64,000 nucleotides of DNA, taken from the NCBI RefSeq assembly GCF_964204645.1, contig NC_134032.1:6808275-6872274 (forward strand). The letters are read 5' to 3'. Numbering within the stretch: position 1 is the stretch's first letter; every line of letters starts with the position of its first letter. This stretch comes from Tubulanus polymorphus (Eukaryota; Animalia; Nemertea). Positions 52,213 to 64,000 of the stretch are shown piece by piece. The notes beneath the pieces are model-generated. The model made no database searches and was not told the origin of the DNA. It saw only the letters and a program-made list of their open reading frames with translations. A program made the position numbers and the translations under genes.

Positions 52213-54747
52213 ATGCCTAAAAGGAAAAGAAGAGCTGGTAGCTTTCAGCCGAAGAAGGTAAGACCCTCTTTTCATAGGCAAATGTTAATCTTCTAGTAAG
52301 AAGTATGTAGGCCTTTTTTCCGAGTAAAAAATTCATTAAGCTGTTCATCACATGTGTTAGCTGCGCAATATTTTGGTGCCTGATTTTGGTATTTTATCAG
52401 AAAAAACCATATCAGTAAATCATAAACCAGTTGCTTAGAGGGTGTGTAACTGACCAGTGTCGTATCATCCCTGGTTCTTGTTGAGATAATTATAAGCTAT
52501 TGAATTGAATTGAACTCATTAGAAAATTCTACGAACGTATAGTGAATGAATTTTTTTTCTATTTTCAGAAGGTGGAGGTGGTTGGAGTTCCCTCAGCCCT
52601 AACTGGACAAAACAGAGAGATGAAAAAAGGATCAATGGAAAAAAATTATGAAAAATCTCAAGATGAAGACTACAGAAGAGTTGAAAATGAAATCTTAAAT
52701 GAAAACCTAAAAAACGCTCAAAATGAAAACTTTAACGAAACGCAAAAAGAAAACTCTGATAACAATCAAAACAAGAAGTATGAAGTGAAAATCAATGAAA
52801 ACTTTGAACCAAAAACTAATGAGAACTATGAATTGAATGCAAATGAAAAAGATGAAATGAAAATGACTGAAAAACATGGAATGAAAATGAATGAAAAATA
52901 TGAAATGCATATGAATGGAAACTATGATTTGAAAACAAATGAAAAAGATGAAATGAAAATGACTGAAAAACATGAAATGAATATTAATGAGATCTATGAT
53001 CAGACTATGAATCAAAATTGTGGAACTAATTCGAATGAAGATATGACAAAAAACAAAGTTGAGACAATTGAAGTGAAATCAGTTTTTTGTGACTTCAATC
53101 ATGACAACTGTGATACGATTATGCATGACAACTATGATAAGACTAAACAAGGCAACTATGATAAGGCTATATATGGAATCTGTGAAAAGATTACACTTGA
53201 CAACTGTGATAAGATTCAACATGATAACGCTGGTCACAATATACATGAAACCTCATCGAAAATGAAAGCTGACTCATCTATTCAACCAATTTCGAGTATG
53301 ATTTCGTGTAGAGATTGTGATGGCAATTTTGGTAACAGTGAGTCATGTTTAAGTGCTGAGAATATGAGATGTTCATCAATTCATGGAAATTTCCACCAGG
53401 GTCATCCAAAATACGATATTCATTCAGGTAAGCAATGTAACAAATGCATTAGCTGCAATGATTCATGCATCAAATAAAGCTGTAATAAACTGGATGCCTC
53501 ATGATATTGATTCAGTATTGAATATTGGAAATGATTTATACGCAACATTGACTAATATGAATACAATAACAAATATGTATTTATTGATCAGTGAGCTACC
53601 AACTGCTGTTGAGATTGGAAATTCCATTTATAATGTGACTGTTGGATCCCCTCAAGTTGCTATATCTGAATTATCTGATGAAATGAGAGCTGGAAATTTT
53701 GGAATTATCAGTGAACTACATGAATGTTTGCACAATAATCTGCTTAATTACGACACATGCTTTATAACATTTGCTGGAAATACATTTTGTGTTTTAAAAC
53801 AGGATGACATGTACTGGGTATTTGATTCACATTCGAGAGATGCATCAGGAATGATGACCGCTGATGGACATGCTGTATTAGTAAGGTACTCTTGTGTTAA
53901 TTGTATTGTCAAACATTGTCAGAATCTTGCAGCTTCAATGAATCAGAGGCAACCAATACAGTATGAAATTACAGTGGCTTCTATCAACCATGAAATTGAA
54001 ACTACTGTAGAGAATAGCATTATCGAAACAACGACTACATACTCTCCAAACTACCAACAAACAAGTAGTGAAGATGAACTGCCCTATACAAACCCAAAAG
54101 TAGATGAATGCGATGTAATTGTTACTAGTGAATCCGTGCAGCATGATGATTTAATTTACAACCCACTAGAAAAAGGTCAGTGCAAAACATTATGCTCTAT
54201 TCTAGGTATTCATTGTCGACCCTCAACTCTCGGATATGAATGTATGCCCAAATATGATGGACAACTCTACTCTCCATGTAATACGCAGAAAATTAAAGGC
54301 GATGGAAGCTGTTTTTTTCGGGCAATTTCATATTCAATCTGTGGAACTGAGCAATATCATCGGGCTATACGCACCGAAGTTTTAAAGCACATGCGGCAGA
54401 ATTCCGACAAATTCCAACCACATCTGAGAAATCCACAACTTACTATAAATGAGTATATTGATGAATCCCGTATGAAATATACAGGTACTTGGGTGACAGA
54501 GGTTGAAATTCTTGCAACAGCTGATTTACTGCATGCTGATATATATACATTTGTAGGCAATGGTTGGTTACGATTCGCTGGTTCTACTTTCAGTGCACCA
54601 AATCGTGTGTGTGAATTAATTGGCAACATTTATTTGAAAAATTGCAGAGGTGTACACTATGAAGTTGTGTCATGTGTGAAACAATCTGAGGAATGTATTT
54701 GCTCTTGGTGTGGCAAGCGACAAAATACTGAAAAAACTAATGAGTAA
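52213..54747 (+). pseudogene. N-terminal part of a Helentron protein: NLS exon, 8-aa repeat region, herpesvirus-tegument (C76)-like deubiquitinase, then OTU deubiquitinase
   Basis: Exon MPKRKRRAGSFQPKK|GTAAG splices to TTTTCAG|KVEV at ~52569. GNFHQG..GKQC-[frameshift ~53437]-TNALAAM..W...ID.VL.IG..FDSHSR marks the first domain and IKGDGSCFFRAIS..W.TEVEI..HYEVV the second. No Rep/helicase follows. Confidence 0.75.
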
Positions 54748-56796
54748 ATACAGTTTATAAACTGTATTTACTCATTAGAAAATGAGGTTTTTAATGTTAT
54801 CGCTTTTATGGTTATTCAGGCAGATTTGTTTATAGGGGAGTTGTGTGCTGGTGCAAATGTAGTAAATGTTTCGATTATCAGAGTCTCCTATTTGGATGGG
54901 TTTTGTAATGTTATAATATGATAATGTCACAAGTTGGTAATAGGTTTATGTTGTTTAATTCTGTCCACTTGTACACATTTGAATTTCGATGTTGTTTGCT
55001 TATCATGACACATGTGTAGGAGGTTATGGTACTGGGTTGTGTAAATGTGTATGGGAGGTTATAATATTTCGTTCTGTAGAGTCTCCTCTGCGAATATATG
55101 TCAGAGGGTGACGCGTATTAATGAAGCAGGGTGTTGTGAAGTGGTGTGTATGAAGTGTATGTTTTGATTTCGATATGTGGAAACATCTATGTGGATGTAT
55201 ATAGGAGGGTCAGGTGTGTTACAATAGTGGGGTTTTGTATATACAGGCATGTGTAGTTATGATTTTAATTTTATGTGACCTTTATGTGAATTCATTTATG
55301 AGTGACAGGGTTTATATTTTAGTGTTTTTGAAGATTGTGTGACAATAGTAAATGGGTAAATTGATGTACCTAGTTTCTAGGGAATGAAACAGTGTGTATT
55401 TGGAATTGATATGTTGTTAAGTAACAGTGGTATAAGCTGGGGAAAGTATGTAGATAGTTGTAATGGGGCATGAATGATATTTGACATTGTGATTGATATG
55501 TAGCAATGTAACAGTAAGATATGGTGGTGGATGTATATATCTAGCTGTCATGGGGATGAAGCAGTCACTGTGTGGAATGGATGTGTTGGAATGTAACAGC
55601 TATGTACAGTGTACAAAATGAGTATTATTTCATGCTGGGGGATATTGATGCGTTGTTGCCATAGGTTTTGATGTGATAACACTGTACATATATTACCACC
55701 ATTAATATTACTAAACACATATGTACAGTCTTATGAATGATTATGTATGGAACTGTATGAAGGATTGTATTGAATATATAGGAAATGGTAATTGATCATG
55801 TAGCAATCATTTGTGGCGATGTATGTATTTTGTATTGTGCAGTGAGATAGTATTCAGAAATGTTTGTAATCAATGTTGTGGGATGAAATATAAATAAAAG
55901 GTGGATGGTATGATGATATGTGTTGTGTATAATTATTGTTTCCAAATTTGGTGCTTATCCCCATATGCTTGGCCAAGTTCTGATGTCATTTACTACATTG
56001 TCCCTGGCAAGGATTTGAGCTTGATGGCATGGCGACTGCCACAGTACAATGGGGTTCCTGCAGTGCTGCTGTGGCAATTGAGGATTCCACTCATAGCTAG
56101 TGACAATCCGCCAGGTTGCTAGTAAGTAGTTCGTCATTCGCCAGTGCGACATATGAAAGTTAGGCAGAAACCCGTTATCGCTGCTATGCAGCTATATTTT
56201 AATTTGAGTTTTGAATTTTAATTGAGTCTCAAAAAGGCATGTACAGTTTAACTTGACTATTTCGCAGATTTTCACTTATTTCGGACGATATTCCAGTCCC
56301 CACTAGGTAATTTCTATTAAAATGAGAGCGCATTATTCGGATTTCATCCCAGGTGATCCGAATTAAGCGAGTTCTACTGTAACTTAAATCCGTTTATACA
56401 GTCAGCGCCCGCATAAAACGTCATCGAATAAGTCGTATCATCACATCTCTCGGATAATTATTTTGGTCCCGATTTTTTCTTCTTTATACCTTATAAATTT
56501 ATGCTTATAACTCGCGACTGTACCTCAATAAGCCGACTAGAAAGCTACGCATATTCTTACAAATTGCCTTGACCTATTGTCTTTACCTTGAGAAGCAAGG
56601 TATTATGAAATGTCAATAATATAGGTAGTAATATGTGAATGTCCCATCAAAGGAAAAGGATTATGGGGCCTCCTAAAGTTTAGTGGCAGACCTATAGCAA
56701 CATAATAAATTGATCCCCGACTCATAGATATCAGTTTGATTCTGGTTGTCAATGAATATATGGCACTAGAAAAACTCAAATACTATAAACTGCTTA

Positions 56797-56993
56797 CTCT
56801 CAATTACTTTTACTTTATTTGGTGAGAGAAGAGGCTTCGACGACTGACCAATTCCTTTAAGCACATGACTCTGCAGACATTTATGTCCAAAAACAGCTAC
56901 CATCAAGTCGCCCGTATAGATGCTACACGATTTACGGTTACATGAATCGATAGCCGACTTCTTTACCGTGACACCATCCCCAATTTCAGTCAT
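56797..56993 (-). CDS. BEN-domain-like exon, copy 1
   Basis: TTTTCACCAG acceptor, then MTEIGDGV..YTGDLMVAVFG...L..H.L.G...KP.L.P.KV..I, then a GTAAG donor. Confidence 0.55.
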
Positions 56994-57906
56994 CTGGTGA
57001 AAAAATGTACAATTTAATCATTAAAACACACAAGGTGAAGCGGGACTATTGTAACAGTTGCTTAACAACCGTTTTCAATAAACACTTACTAGTCAGCCAG
57101 CCAACCTTAAAAAACTATCCTTTATGTTCCATTATTATTCGGTCTTATCAGCTACAGTTTTATTCCGACTTTTTAGATTATTTAGTTTTTTCCTCATTGC
57201 CCCACGAATACTGCTCTTTTCTGCACTTGGAAATTGTGATTTTACATAATCTGAAATAACAAATAAGACATTGGATACAAATAATGGTACGAAATGCATG
57301 CCATCAGTTAATTTGAGTTTTGAATTTTAATTGAGTCTCAAAAAGGCTTGTACAGTTTAACTTGACTATTTCGCAGATTTTCACTTATTTCGGACGATAT
57401 TCCAGTCCCCACTAGGTAATTTCTATTAAAATGAGAGCGCATTATTCGGATTTCATCCCAGGTGATCCGAATTAAGCTAGTTCTACTGTAACTTAAATCC
57501 GTTTATACAGTCAACGCCCGCATAAGTCGTCATCGAATTAGTCGTATCATCACATCTCTCGGATAATTATTTTGGTCCCGATTTTTTTCTTCTTTATACC
57601 TTATAAATTTATGCTTATAACTCGCGACTGTACCTCAATAAGCCGACTAGAAAGCTACGCATATTCTTACAAATTACCTTGACCTATTGTCTTTACCTTG
57701 AGAAGCAAGGTATTATGAAATGTCAATAATATAGGTAGTAATATGTGAATGTCCCATCAAAGGAAAAGGATTATGGGGCCTCCTAAATTTTAGTGGCAGA
57801 CCTATAGCAACATAATAAATTGATCCCCGACTCATAGATATCAGTTTGATTCTGGTTGTCAATGAATATATGGCACTAGAAAAACTCAAATACTATAAAC
57901 TGCTTA

Positions 57907-58103
57907 CTCTCAATTACTTTTACTTTATTTGGTGAGAGAAGAGGCTTCGACGACTGACCAATTCCTTTAAGCACATGACTCTGCAGACATTTATGTCCAA
58001 AAACAGCTACCATCAAGTCGCCCGTATAGACGCTAAACGATTTACGGTTACATGAATCGATAGCCGACTTCTTTACCGTGACACCATCCCCAATTTCAGT
58101 CAT
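57907..58103 (-). CDS. BEN-domain-like exon, copy 2
   Basis: Duplicate of copy 1 with two amino-acid changes (CSI to FSV). Confidence 0.55.
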
Positions 58104-59335
58104 CTGGTGAAGAAATGTACAATTTAATCATTAAAACACTCAAGGTGAAGCGGGACTATTGTAACAGTTGCTTAACAACCGTTTTCAATAAACACTTACT
58201 AGTCAGCCAGCCAACCCTTAAAAAAACGATCCTAAAATTCGACGATCACAGCATTTTTTGTTACAGCTTGGCATCCGGGCTCATTTGATAGCAGAGTATG
58301 TGGGCTATCATGTGTGGTGGATGCCTTTTACAATTTTTTCGTTTTTTGGTCTACAGGGGGCGTTAAAGTCAGACATTTTGAAATTAAAACATTTTCATTT
58401 GGCAGGGAAATACACTTAAAACTACTTTTGCTAAATAATTCGAATATCTCATCTTAGGTTTGGAGTAATTTTACAATCTAAACCTTTTCTGAGTCGGGGG
58501 ATTACAGTGCATATAGCGCAACGTTAATTTTATGCATACATTTATTTGTTACCTAGTTACAGCAGCAACAATCGTGTAATATTCACTTGAAAATAGCAAT
58601 TTCATATGAAATATTCATTTTAAAGGTTATTAGCTCAAATAGTGATGTTGTTAATGTTTTTTGTTGATTATTTTGATATTTCTTTAAACTTACTTATAAC
58701 TCGTATGTACTTGGTCAATATCGGGATTAACTGTTGATTGGTTTCTATGGTAACAGCAATTCAAATCTGCGTTCTTCATCCGTCAGGTACCGGTATTTTG
58801 GGCGGTGGGTCTTTCGTGACATTCCATATGTCCTCCAACTTGCCAAAAGTCTTCGACCATGTATTGGGCCGCTTGTTACTACGTCTTGCTAACAATGGAA
58901 TTGCAACAATGATAACCATTGTTGCAATTGCAGAAAAATCGCGTAATTTGTCCACATTCTTGACGTAACCAATGGATTATTTGAGTATGTGTTTAATTAA
59001 AGCCATTATTTAATCTTTTCTCTTTCAAAATCTTTAAAATCTTCAAAATTTTAAAATCATTCCATATTCGTTCACGAGTAAATCATAACTAAACGTTGTC
59101 ACCATGGTAACCATACATTTTATGCGTTTATTTGAAAAAATTCTTTTTTCCCATAAAATTTCCCATAAGATTTTCTCCCATATCTTTTGAACCCTTTCAC
59201 CGAATTTATCGAATGAAAGCTCATTTTTGAAGCAATTCCTTGAATTGTCCTTATTTCTAGGGCATGATACTAATTTCTAGGGCATGATACTAGTTAACCT
59301 TTAGTTAAACTAATATTCCCTTAACTGCAATTTAC

Positions 59336-60353
59336 TTTTTAGCCCACTTGGGACTTAAGTCCCAGTGGGCTATTGCGATCCCTTTTCGTGACTACTTTTC
59401 AGCCCAAAAACTGGCCCTGTCAAAATCAAGTTGGCCGACTGTCAGCCATTGTTGTTCGCTAAAATCGACACTTTTTACACATTTTTGAACTTTTGAGGGA
59501 AATTTTGAAGACGCTTTGATCAATTACCTTGATCTTTCGGATGTATGTGAATCTCCCCCCCCCTCCCAGGGCCCATCAGCATAACAAAAATTGGGTCGAT
59601 CGGACTCAAGATGACCGTCCTATGACCTTTTTTAGTGCCCAAAAATGTCAATTTTTGCCCGAATTCTGAGTCCTGTAGCTCCCTACTGGTTTGCCATTCC
59701 TCATTGCAATTTGTGATGGGTATTCTTATTGTGAAAAGGGCTGTTTTATACCTGAGACAGGTATTTTTGATCAGCCAATTATGACGCAATTGGCGGCCAT
59801 TTTGGTGTTATCAGTACTCATTCATAGGTGGAAAAAAGTTTTTCCACATTATATTGATACCTAAGCGTATTTTGTTACCACAATCAATTAGTAACTTGTA
59901 GCTCATAACGTGTTCTATGATTGTGGTGAGTTTCAAGGTCATTGGTATTTGTATATGGCCACCAGGGGGCGTTGAATAATACAATATCTTAGTATTTCTA
60001 TATTATATTCGTATCAATACATATTTTGTAACCACAATCAATCGCAAAGTTGTAGCTCATGACATCATGATTGTGGCAAGTTTAAAGGCCATTAGTTATT
60101 CTATATGGTCACCAGGGGGCGTTGAATAGTAGAATAACTTAGTATCTCCTTATTAAATTGGTAACGAGACATATTTTGTTATCACAATCAATTACAAAAT
60201 CGTAGCTGCTGACATGTTCTATGGTTGTGGTGAGTTTCAAGGTCATTGGTTTTTGCATATGGTCACCAGGGGGCGTTGAATATTGAAATTGTAGATTGTT
60301 GAGCATTTGGAACCACTTTCCTAGTGGGCATGGTGTCCCTGGACCCCTAGTTT
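59336..60353 (+). mobile_element. HINE family A copy (3 x 154-bp units, microsatellite deleted)
   Basis: TTTTTAGCCCACTTGGGACTTAAGTCCC start and GGACCCCTAGTT end. Confidence 0.85.
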
Positions 60354-60689
60354 ATCATTATCTAGGCAGTTTTAGTGGCAACAGCCACATGCAGATGTAC
60401 AAGTGACATTATTCTTTCTGCATTTACAGTTGGCGCGGCTGCAATCAGTCTTACATTTACAAGAAACCAATTCAGGACATGCTGAACATGCATTTTTGCT
60501 TGATAGTTTGCACGGGCTATATGACGTTGTAATGCATCTTTCTACTTTTGATATTGATAGGATATTGATAGGGACTCAAAGTGCCCTTTCTTGCTTTTAT
60601 GGAACTAGGAACGACTGAATGTACCATTTTGTTGAAAGTTATCTACCTCGTCTTGTAAAAATACTTTAGCCCGAAATTTTCCATACTGC

Positions 60690-61441
60690 CAAATTGCATT
60701 ATAATAATCTTATAAAGCATTCCAAGAGGCAGTACTACAATACCAGGATTAGTGATGCAGGTTCGGATGGAAAAGCTATGCAGAAAGTGTTTGATGAACT
60801 TCTTCTGAAAGATGTGAGTAGAAAGCTGCCAGATAGTGATGATTGGGAAGAACTTGCAAATAGATTTGCAACTTTCTTTGCTGACAAAATTGAGAGGATT
60901 AGACTATCTTTCCCAGACTCGTGTTTGGGTCCTGAAGACTGCGTTGATAACCCCGCTCATTAAAAAACAAAGCTTAGATACTTCCGTTCTCAAAAACTAC
61001 CGTCCAGTCAGTAACCTCCCGTTTATCTCCAAAGTACTGGAGCGTGTTGTAGCTGTTCGTATAACCGCTTATATGGATGCTAACAATTTACATGATATTT
61101 ACCAGTCTGTGTACAAAACCTGTCACAGCACCGAGACAGCTCTTGTCAAGGTTCAAAGTGACATTCGTAACATGGTTGACGCTGATGGTGCTGCCATACT
61201 TGTCCTTTTAGACCTGAGTGCTGCCTTCGATACTGTGGACCATCTCATCCTTGTAAATCGACTTCAGGTAGTGCTCGGTATTCATGGTTCAGCACTTCAG
61301 TGGTTAATATCGTATCTTGAGAATTGCACGCATCGTGTCGTTATCAACGAACATTACTCTGATTTCTGCAAAGTTGAGTATGTTGTGCCCCAAGGCTCCG
61401 TGCTGGGGCCACTATTGTTCCTCATTTATATATTGCCCTTA
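60690..61441 (+). pseudogene. L2-group LINE RT fragment, internally deleted and cut after PQGSVLGP
   Basis: NYRPVSNLPFISKVLERVV, HSTETALVKV, LLDLSAAFDTVDH, VPQGSVLGPLLFLIY. Confidence 0.9.
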
Positions 61442-61443
61442 GT

Positions 61444-61635
61444 GAGTAATAGGGGTAATAGGCTTTCATACCAAAGGTCGAAGGGTCGAGCTCGTAAAAA
61501 AATGAAAATAATATTAACTTACAGTTGAATTAGTCGCGCACACTCCTTATTCAACTGTAAATTATTATTATTTTCATTTTTTTACTCACTCGCCCCTTCA
61601 ACCTTTGATATGAAAGCCTATTATCCCTATTACTC
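61444..61635. other. 192-bp imperfect foldback at the L2/polB junction
   Basis: GAGTAATAGGGGTAATAGGCTTTCATACCAAAGG... pairs with ...CCTTTGATATGAAAGCCTATTATCCCTATTACTC. Arms are ~88 bp with about a dozen mismatches. Confidence 0.85.
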
Positions 61636-61866
61636 TTAAAATATTCATGTAAATGAATAACATTTAAATTGATAGATTATTCAATATAAAAGTGTAAGCT
61701 CTTATAGAATAGATGTATAGATATATTTACAACTTTATTTCAATATTCATATTTGTGTGAGTTAGATTTTTAAACATTAAAAGTGTTAGTAAAGTGTGAT
61801 TGAAATAATACATGATATAAATCATTGAACTTCTAAAATCAATTAAAAAAAAAAATTAGTATTAAA

Positions 61867-64000
61867 ATGGAAGCAAATAAGTACTACTGTCCAACATGTA
61901 ATATCAATATAGATAAATCCCAAAAATCAAGACACAATAAAACTAAAACACATTTAGAGAATAAATTGAAATTAGAATATGAAGATGATATATTAGAAAC
62001 TAAATTAGATGAATTAAAGAATGAAAAAGAAACATACAAATGTGATACATGTAATCAATCATTCAGTGATAAAAGATATTATAAAGAACATTTAAAATCT
62101 AAAAGTCATATTAGAAATAAGAATAATGATATTTTAGGTGAAGATTATTTTGATGAAGATAATGATAAGAAACAGAAGACAATTAAAAGCATAAAAAATA
62201 AATTAAACAATAAAAGACCATACATGGAAGATGTAAGAAAATATATTAATTCATTAGATAATAAAAAAGATATAGAGATAACCGAAGCATTTAAAAGTGA
62301 TATTGGTCCAGCAGCTATCGAGTTTAAATTTCATAAAGGAAAAACATTAGAAGAAAATAAAAAACATTTAGAAAATATGAAAGAAATAATAAAAATAATA
62401 ACTGATGTTGAATACCCTAAAATTAGTATATCTTCTAAAGTTAAATTCATAAAATCTGAAGATAAACCAATATATAATATAAATTCTCATTCACAACATA
62501 TTATATCTAAACAACATATAGATGATAAATTAGATAAATGTTATAATGAAGTAAAAACTAAAATAGAAGAGAAATATTTTGAAGGGTCTGGTTTAATATT
62601 TGATGAGATAATATTTATGACTTTACATGTTTATAACACAAAATATAATAAGATAACTAAATCGAAACCAATTTATGAAAATAATGTATCATATTATAAA
62701 GATGATAGTATAAATGGATCAAGTTATATCAAATTACCATTTAAAACTAATGCTGTAATAAATGAACAAAATTTTGATGATAAATGTTTTCTATGGACAA
62801 TTATAAGTTGCTTACATCCAACAGAAGATATTACACATAGTTTTAGATTAACAAATTATAAACGATTTGAGAATAATTATAAGATAGATAAGTATCCTGT
62901 TATAATTAAAAACATCCCAAAGATAGAAAGAGATAATAATTTAAGAATAAATGTATTTGATTTAATCAAATTACCAAATACAAAAGGTAACAACATAAAA
63001 CATTATACATTAGAACCTTTATATCTATCAAAAGATTATGATTCAAATGATGTTATAGATATACTATATTATGAGAATCATTATATGTGGATTAAACAAA
63101 TAGATTTATTCTTTAGAACAGAAAGTGATCACCATAATAAAATATATCTATGTAGAAAATGTTTACATAGATTCAGTAATGAAAGTACATTATTAAATCA
63201 TAAACAATTATGTGAAAATCATGATTATTGCAAACTAGTTTTACCAAATGAAAAAGATAAAATATTAGAATTCAAAAAATATGATTACAAAAATAAAGTT
63301 CCATTTGTTATATATGGAGATTTTGAATCATTAAATAAAGAATTAACTGATCAAGATAGAAAAGAAATATATTATTAAAGAAAGAAATTAAATTCTAATG
63401 TTAATGATTTTTCAGATGAACCACCAAAAACAAATACTATTAAAAAGATTCATCAATCAGCTGCTGCTTTCGGGTTATATATAAAATCTGATTATCCAGA
63501 ACTAATTGAAAGTGAATATTATAATTACAGAAATGAAAATGTTATCAATCATTTTTGTGACTTATTAATTGAATATGAAATAAGATTTAGTAAATTATTG
63601 AATACAAATAAAGAAATTATAATGACAGAAGAAGATAAAGAAGAATTTGCGTTTGCAGATAAATGTTATTATTGTGAAAAGATATTTAATTATAAAGATA
63701 AAAAAGTAAGAGACCATGATCATTTGAATGGAAAGTTTAGAGGCGCTGCACATGAGAATTGTAACTTACAAGCTAAGAAAATTAATTTTGTACCAGTTAT
63801 ATTTCATAATCTATCAGGATATGATGCACATTTATTCATCAAACAGTTATGCCATAAAATAGAAGAAATTAATAATGAAATAGAAAGATTAAATTCAAAT
63901 AGATCAAAAGATAAAATACCAACTTATAAATTTAGAATGTTAGCTAAAACATCTGAGAATTATATATCATTCCAATTTGGTTGCCTAAGATTTATAGATT
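61867..64000 (+). pseudogene. Polinton/Maverick-type protein-primed DNA polymerase B (N-terminal half, one in-frame TAA, runs off the window)
   Basis: Two C2H2 fingers, then GSSYIKLP, N.DDKCFLW, HYMWIK, C.KCL..F and the ExoI motif IYGDFES. After the TAA at 63376-63378 the frame continues to VRDHDHLNGKFRGAAH..CNL, ExoII FHNLSGYDAHLFI and LRFID. Sharp shift to very AT-rich DNA. Confidence 0.85.

Larger units (their letters stand above)
49575..56200 (+). mobile_element. Internally deleted Helentron (family B ends), 6.6 kb
   Basis: 5' TTAGGGTTTCTGC..GCAGAAACCCT plus (ATT)n, and 3' GCAGAAACCCG-TTATC-GCTGCTATGCAGC-TATATTTT. Inserted at TT with no TSD. The paralogous empty site CCATCAGTTAATTTGAG is at 57301-57317. 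Confidence 0.85.
56199..58220. repeat. 1110-bp tandem duplication (the first copy's 5' part is displaced to ~49390-49574 by the Helentron)
   Basis: Near-identical ORFs at 56766 and 57876 are offset by 1110 bp. 49400-49574 matches ~57133-57306. Confidence 0.95.

Noticed and set aside
7597-63378. Single in-frame TAA/TAG in the Sola2, Crypton and polB ORFs suggesting stop-codon reassignment
   Set aside because: TAA ends other ORFs at the expected positions (Kolobok, Penelope), and frameshifts are equally common. Ordinary nonsense mutations explain them.

Overview
This is AT-rich metazoan DNA, probably from an invertebrate (inferred from spliceosomal introns and the transposon repertoire). It is almost entirely nested transposable elements, and I recognised no host gene, rRNA, tRNA or CRISPR array. 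Full-length or nearly intact elements are a Sola2 (6234-10819, GTAT TSD, one internal stop) and a Kolobok with an intact ORF (11004-14162, TTAA TSD). A two-gene P-like element is interrupted by an inverted Penelope insertion carrying two hammerhead ribozymes. Also present are decayed EnSpm/Mirage, CR1, hAT, piggyBac, Mutator-like+OTU and L2 copies, a Crypton tyrosine recombinase next to a hairpin, two Helentron-associated (HINE) families, a tandemly duplicated BEN-domain exon, and a Polinton-type protein-primed polB preceded by a 192-bp foldback. One HINE-family copy is a 6.6-kb internally deleted Helentron encoding two deubiquitinase domains, with its empty site visible in the window. The strongest higher-order signal is that every transposase/RT/recombinase ORF in the first ~47 kb lies on the minus strand, each from a different superfamily, as expected for a uni-strand piRNA-cluster-like transposon trap. 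All family calls come from motif recognition by eye, not database searches.
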